Origin: a virus
Taxonomy: Duplodnaviria; Caudoviricetes
Direction: 5' to 3' (one strand)
Length of the DNA stretch: 60,051 nt
Virus record (IMG/VR): IMGVR_UViG_3300046812_000237
Coordinates: 1 to 60,051 of that record
The translations under genes were made by a program, and so were the position numbers. The notes under the pieces were generated by a model. It searched no databases and was not told where the DNA came from. It saw nothing but the letters and a program-made list of their open reading frames with translations. Positions 56,914 through 60,051 of this stretch are shown piece by piece (position 1 is the first letter of the stretch; every line of letters starts with the position of its first letter).

Positions 56914-58643
56914 TCAGCGCCACATATTCACCCGAAGACGACAAACTCCGAATATATCCCGTAACACGACTCGGCCAGCAAACATACGAGCGCGTGCGCG
57001 CCAAGGGTTTTAGGTGGGCGCCGCATCAAGAGTTATTCTTTACCGTCTGGACGCCCGAGGCCGAAGACATCGCGCTCGAACTGGCCGAGGCCATCGACGA
57101 CGACGACAAAAGCCTCCGCGAGCGCGCCGAAGAACGCTCCGAACGCTTCGAAGACTATAGCGAGAACCGCGCGGAGGACGCCGAGGCCGCGCGCAAGGCT
57201 GTGCACGCCATCGCCGACTTTATCCCGATGGGACAACCGATCCTAGTAGGCCATCACTCCGAGAAACGCGCCCGCCGTGACGCGGAGAAGATCGAAAACG
57301 GGATGCGGAAAGCCGTTCGCATGTGGGAGACCTCCGAGTATTGGAAGCAGCGCGCCGCTTCCGCCATCCGCCACGCCAAGTATAAAGAACTCCCCGCCGT
57401 CCGGGCCCGACGCATCAAGGGCCTCGAAAAAGATGAGCGCAAATTCTCGAAAGAGATCGAGGACACCACGCGACAGCGCGCCGCATGGGAGAAACTCGGA
57501 GACGATCCCAAGCGCGAGACCGCCCTGGCGCTCGCGAATATCTGCGGGAGTTATAACGCCTGGTCGGACCTAGAAGCCAACCGCAAGACGCCGGCCGAGG
57601 TGCGCGCCGCCGTGCTTGCCAATTCCGCGCATTACCTAGAGCGCTCGGGCCGATGGCTCGCGCACACTCTCAACCGTCTGGAATATGAGCGCGCCATGCT
57701 CGCCGAGTCTGGAGGCATCGAGACCGACAAAATCAAGCCGGAGGTAGGCGGGGGCGTCAAATGTTGGGCCACGCATCGCGGGCGAGAGACCTACTCGTGG
57801 GTAAAGAAAGTAAACAAGGTCAGCGTCACGGTCGAGGACAACTGGCACAACGGCAATTCCCAGAACTTCACGCGGACCATTCCCTTTGATAAGTGCTCGA
57901 AGGTCATTAGCCGCGCCGAGGTCGAGCGGGCCCGGGCCGAGGGCCGACTGTGCGAGACTCCCGACCGCACGGGGTTCTATATCGTCAGCGACAATCCGCC
58001 CGAGACGCCGCCAAAAGATAAACCGGAAAATGGCGGTGCCGACCCCTTGACGGAAACGCCGGACGGTGCAGCGCCGTTTGATGCCATGCGTGACACGCTC
58101 CGCGCGGGCGTGAAGGCCGTCAGCGCGCCGCAGCTATTCCCGACACCGCCAGACCTCGCCGCCCGCATGGTTGAGCTTGCCGACATCGAACCCGGGCAGC
58201 GCGTGCTCGAACCGAGCGCCGGGACCGGAGCAATCCTCCGCGAGCTGGACGCCTTCGGCGATAGCTGTGAAGTCACCGCCGTCGAAATATCCCACACCCT
58301 AGCCGACGCCTTGCGCGCGCGGTCGCACACTAAAACCAAGGTGCTCGCCGAAGACTTCCTCGAATGTAACGGCAATCTCGGCCAGTTCGACCGCATTGTT
58401 ATGAATCCGCCATTCGCAGACGGTGCCGACATCAAACACATTCGCCACGCCATGACGCTCATCAAGCCCGGAGGCCGCATCGTCGCGATCTGCGCCAACG
58501 GGCCACGACAACAGGCCGCGCTTAAGCCGCTGGCCGAGGGTAGTAAGGGACTATGGGAAGAACTCCCGGAGGGCACATTCGCCGGGACCGGAGTGCGCGC
58601 AGTGCTTGCAGTGTTCAACGAAGGACCGGAGGCCAGCCGATGA
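56910..58643 (+). CDS. DUF3560-domain protein fused to an amino (N6-adenine-type) DNA methyltransferase
   Basis: ATYSPEDDKLR, IPMGQPILVGHHSEKRARRD; QLFPTP, VLEPSAGTG, AVEI, DRIVMNPPF. Confidence 0.88.
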   Translation: MISATYSPEDDKLRIYPVTRLGQQTYERVRAKGFRWAPHQELFFTVWTPEAEDIALELAEAIDDDDKSLRERAEERSERFEDYSENRAEDAEAARKAVHAIADFIPMGQPILVGHHSEKRARRDAEKIENGMRKAVRMWETSEYWKQRAASAIRHAKYKELPAVRARRIKGLEKDERKFSKEIEDTTRQRAAWEKLGDDPKRETALALANICGSYNAWSDLEANRKTPAEVRAAVLANSAHYLERSGRWLAHTLNRLEYERAMLAESGGIETDKIKPEVGGGVKCWATHRGRETYSWVKKVNKVSVTVEDNWHNGNSQNFTRTIPFDKCSKVISRAEVERARAEGRLCETPDRTGFYIVSDNPPETPPKDKPENGGADPLTETPDGAAPFDAMRDTLRAGVKAVSAPQLFPTPPDLAARMVELADIEPGQRVLEPSAGTGAILRELDAFGDSCEVTAVEISHTLADALRARSHTKTKVLAEDFLECNGNLGQFDRIVMNPPFADGADIKHIRHAMTLIKPGGRIVAICANGPRQQAALKPLAEGSKGLWEELPEGTFAGTGVRAVLAVFNEGPEASR

Positions 58644-58885
58644 TGCGCTTTCTTGTAATCAGTTACGACGACGATCAGCAGGTATGGCATTACGACGTGA
58701 CAGAAGACGCAACCGAGGAAGACGCCGAGGCGCGCATCTGCCGTATCCGGCCGTATGTCATTGCGGCCGAGGCGCTGACCGCTGACCAGCTTCGCGTCGC
58801 TGCCCGCTTGGTTGGAGAAGGCACTTCCGAAACTATCCGCGAGGAATTAGCGCGCATCGAGGTCGAATCCAATGCTCGCGCCTAG
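58640..58885 (+). CDS. hypothetical protein
   Basis: GGAGG RBS, coupled ORF. Confidence 0.55.
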   Translation: MMRFLVISYDDDQQVWHYDVTEDATEEDAEARICRIRPYVIAAEALTADQLRVAARLVGEGTSETIREELARIEVESNARA

Positions 58886-59477
58886 CTGTGAAGTTCACAA
58901 GGGCGCCCGGATGAAACTGGTCCCGCAGCCGGTGCCGCGGATACGCCTCGACACCTTCGAGAAGCAAGAAGCGCTCCGCCGCCGCATGTGGGTGTGCCTG
59001 GTGCCGGACTGTCACCGCGTACAGGTCGCACCGGCATTGCCTCGCGCCGCGCGCCTGTGCAGCGAGTGCGGGAAGCAACTGCCTAACGGCAATCTTACCG
59101 AGCAGGCCCGCTGCCGGCCGTGCCGGAGACTGAAGGAAAACCGATGAGCACCATTGAATATGTCAGCCCCAAGCCGATCAGTTTCAATCCGAAGACGTGC
59201 TTGCTGTGCACACAACTGGCCGAGCCTCGCCGGCGATTCTGCCGGAGGCACTGTGACTCACTCACGCTCAAGGAAAAACTAGACGCCATTCGGAGGGCCA
59301 AGCCATGAAGGAAAGCCGGAAAGAACGCCTTCTGCAGATTCGCCGGCGTCACGCACTGCGCCATGTTGGCTGCAAAATCTGTAAGAAGACGCCGTGTTGC
59401 TGTGATCCGAGCACATTGCGTAAGCACCGAATACCAGAAATCGACCCGTACCTAGAGCTACCAAGGAGACTACGAAA

Positions 59478-59732
59478 ATGACGACGCGAGTAAACCGAGA
59501 CGAAGACCCGATGGGTGTAGCGCGCGCGATTGGATTGCCAGTCGAGCCCGAGACCATACGGGGAACATTTGCCAATGAAAACGACGATTGCATCTGCCAG
59601 AACTGCGAACAGACGTGGGAACTCTCCGAACTCAACCAGATTAAAGACATATTTCAGCGCGTCGCCCCGGGCGAACCGATGCCAGCGGGAGAATGTCCGG
59701 ATTGCGGCTGTCTCTGCCAGCTTCGCGCTTGA
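59478..59732 (+). CDS. zinc-finger hypothetical protein
   Basis: CQNC..RVAPGEPMPAGECPDCGCLC. Confidence 0.65.
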   Translation: MTTRVNRDEDPMGVARAIGLPVEPETIRGTFANENDDCICQNCEQTWELSELNQIKDIFQRVAPGEPMPAGECPDCGCLCQLRA

Positions 59733-59757
59733 CTTCGCGAAGCAGCGGGAGCACACT
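59729..59757 (+). promoter_or_regulatory. sigma70-type promoter for the recombination/replication operon
   Basis: TTGACT-N17-CACACT upstream of AAGGAG RBS and GTG 59794. Confidence 0.55.
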
Positions 59758-59793
59758 GCCTGCTCCGCGATGTCACCAAACAAGGAGCCCGAC

Positions 59794-60051
59794 GTGGCCA
59801 AAGCAAAACCAGATTCTCTAGACGTGCGGGAGGTCGGTCTAGACCTCTCGCTAGAAGTTTTAATGGAAACATTCAAGGGCCTCGCGGAAGGAGTCGAGCG
59901 CCAGCTCGCCGCCGAGGACGATGAGGGCCTCGCCGCAGCCCGTGGAGACTCCGCTGGCGCGCTCGCCTCGATCATGGCCGCAGAAACCGAGCGACGGGAC
60001 CAGCTTGTCGAGTTTATGGGAGCGCTCGAAGAACGCGCCGGCCGAATCCGC
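59794..60051 (+). CDS. 5' part of the Gp157-like gene (continues across the junction to 589)
   Basis: AAGGAG RBS; open frame from GTG 59794 in phase with ATG 59974 (= position 50). Confidence 0.7.
   Translation, partial: MAKAKPDSLDVREVGLDLSLEVLMETFKGLAEGVERQLAAEDDEGLAAARGDSAGALASIMAAETERRDQLVEFMGALEERAGRIR

Noticed and set aside
59925-60051. 127-bp terminal repeat as a biological direct terminal repeat
   Set aside because: The length equals a common assembler k-mer and it falls in the middle of a gene; it indicates circular assembly only.
1-60051. tRNA genes, CRISPR arrays, integrase, reverse transcriptase/DGR, introns or inteins, alternative genetic code
   Set aside because: No cloverleaf, repeat-spacer array, recombinase or RT motifs were seen by eye, and genes read through normally in the standard code. 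tRNAscan-SE and HMM searches would be needed to exclude them formally.
1-60051. Specific host assignment (an Acidobacteria-like diderm is my impression)
   Set aside because: Based only on GC content and the style of the exported proteins; needs homology or CRISPR-spacer evidence.

Overview
The window is a complete, circularly assembled dsDNA tailed-phage genome of 59,924 bp. Positions 59925-60051 repeat 1-127 exactly, which is most likely an assembler k-mer overlap, and a Gp157-like gene runs across that junction. It is GC-rich with podovirus-like architecture: portal, scaffold, major capsid, adaptor/nozzle proteins, a GNAT and three ejection-type proteins, with no tape measure or sheath. The + strand arm (54056 through the junction to 12643) carries early genes (clamp-loader-like AAA+ ATPase, DUF3560-adenine methyltransferase), recombination and replication genes (initiator with internal iterons) and a six-enzyme sugar-modification cluster. 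The - strand arm (52665 down to 12624) carries small regulators, a two-frame C5 methyltransferase, a split terminase, virion genes and lysis genes including a Tlde1/DUF2778-type enzyme. No integrase, DNA polymerase, tRNA or CRISPR array was seen. The most unusual feature is that five tailspike, fibre or adhesin-like proteins in the virion module have N-terminal export signals and even numbers of cysteines, suggesting periplasmic folding and possibly extracytoplasmic virion maturation. Also notable are a C5-MTase whose motifs are divided between two overlapping frames, a dif-like XerCD site, a palindromic operator network, a promoter-driven structured RNA and a GATC-poor early region. All family assignments come from motif recognition by eye; no database searches were run.
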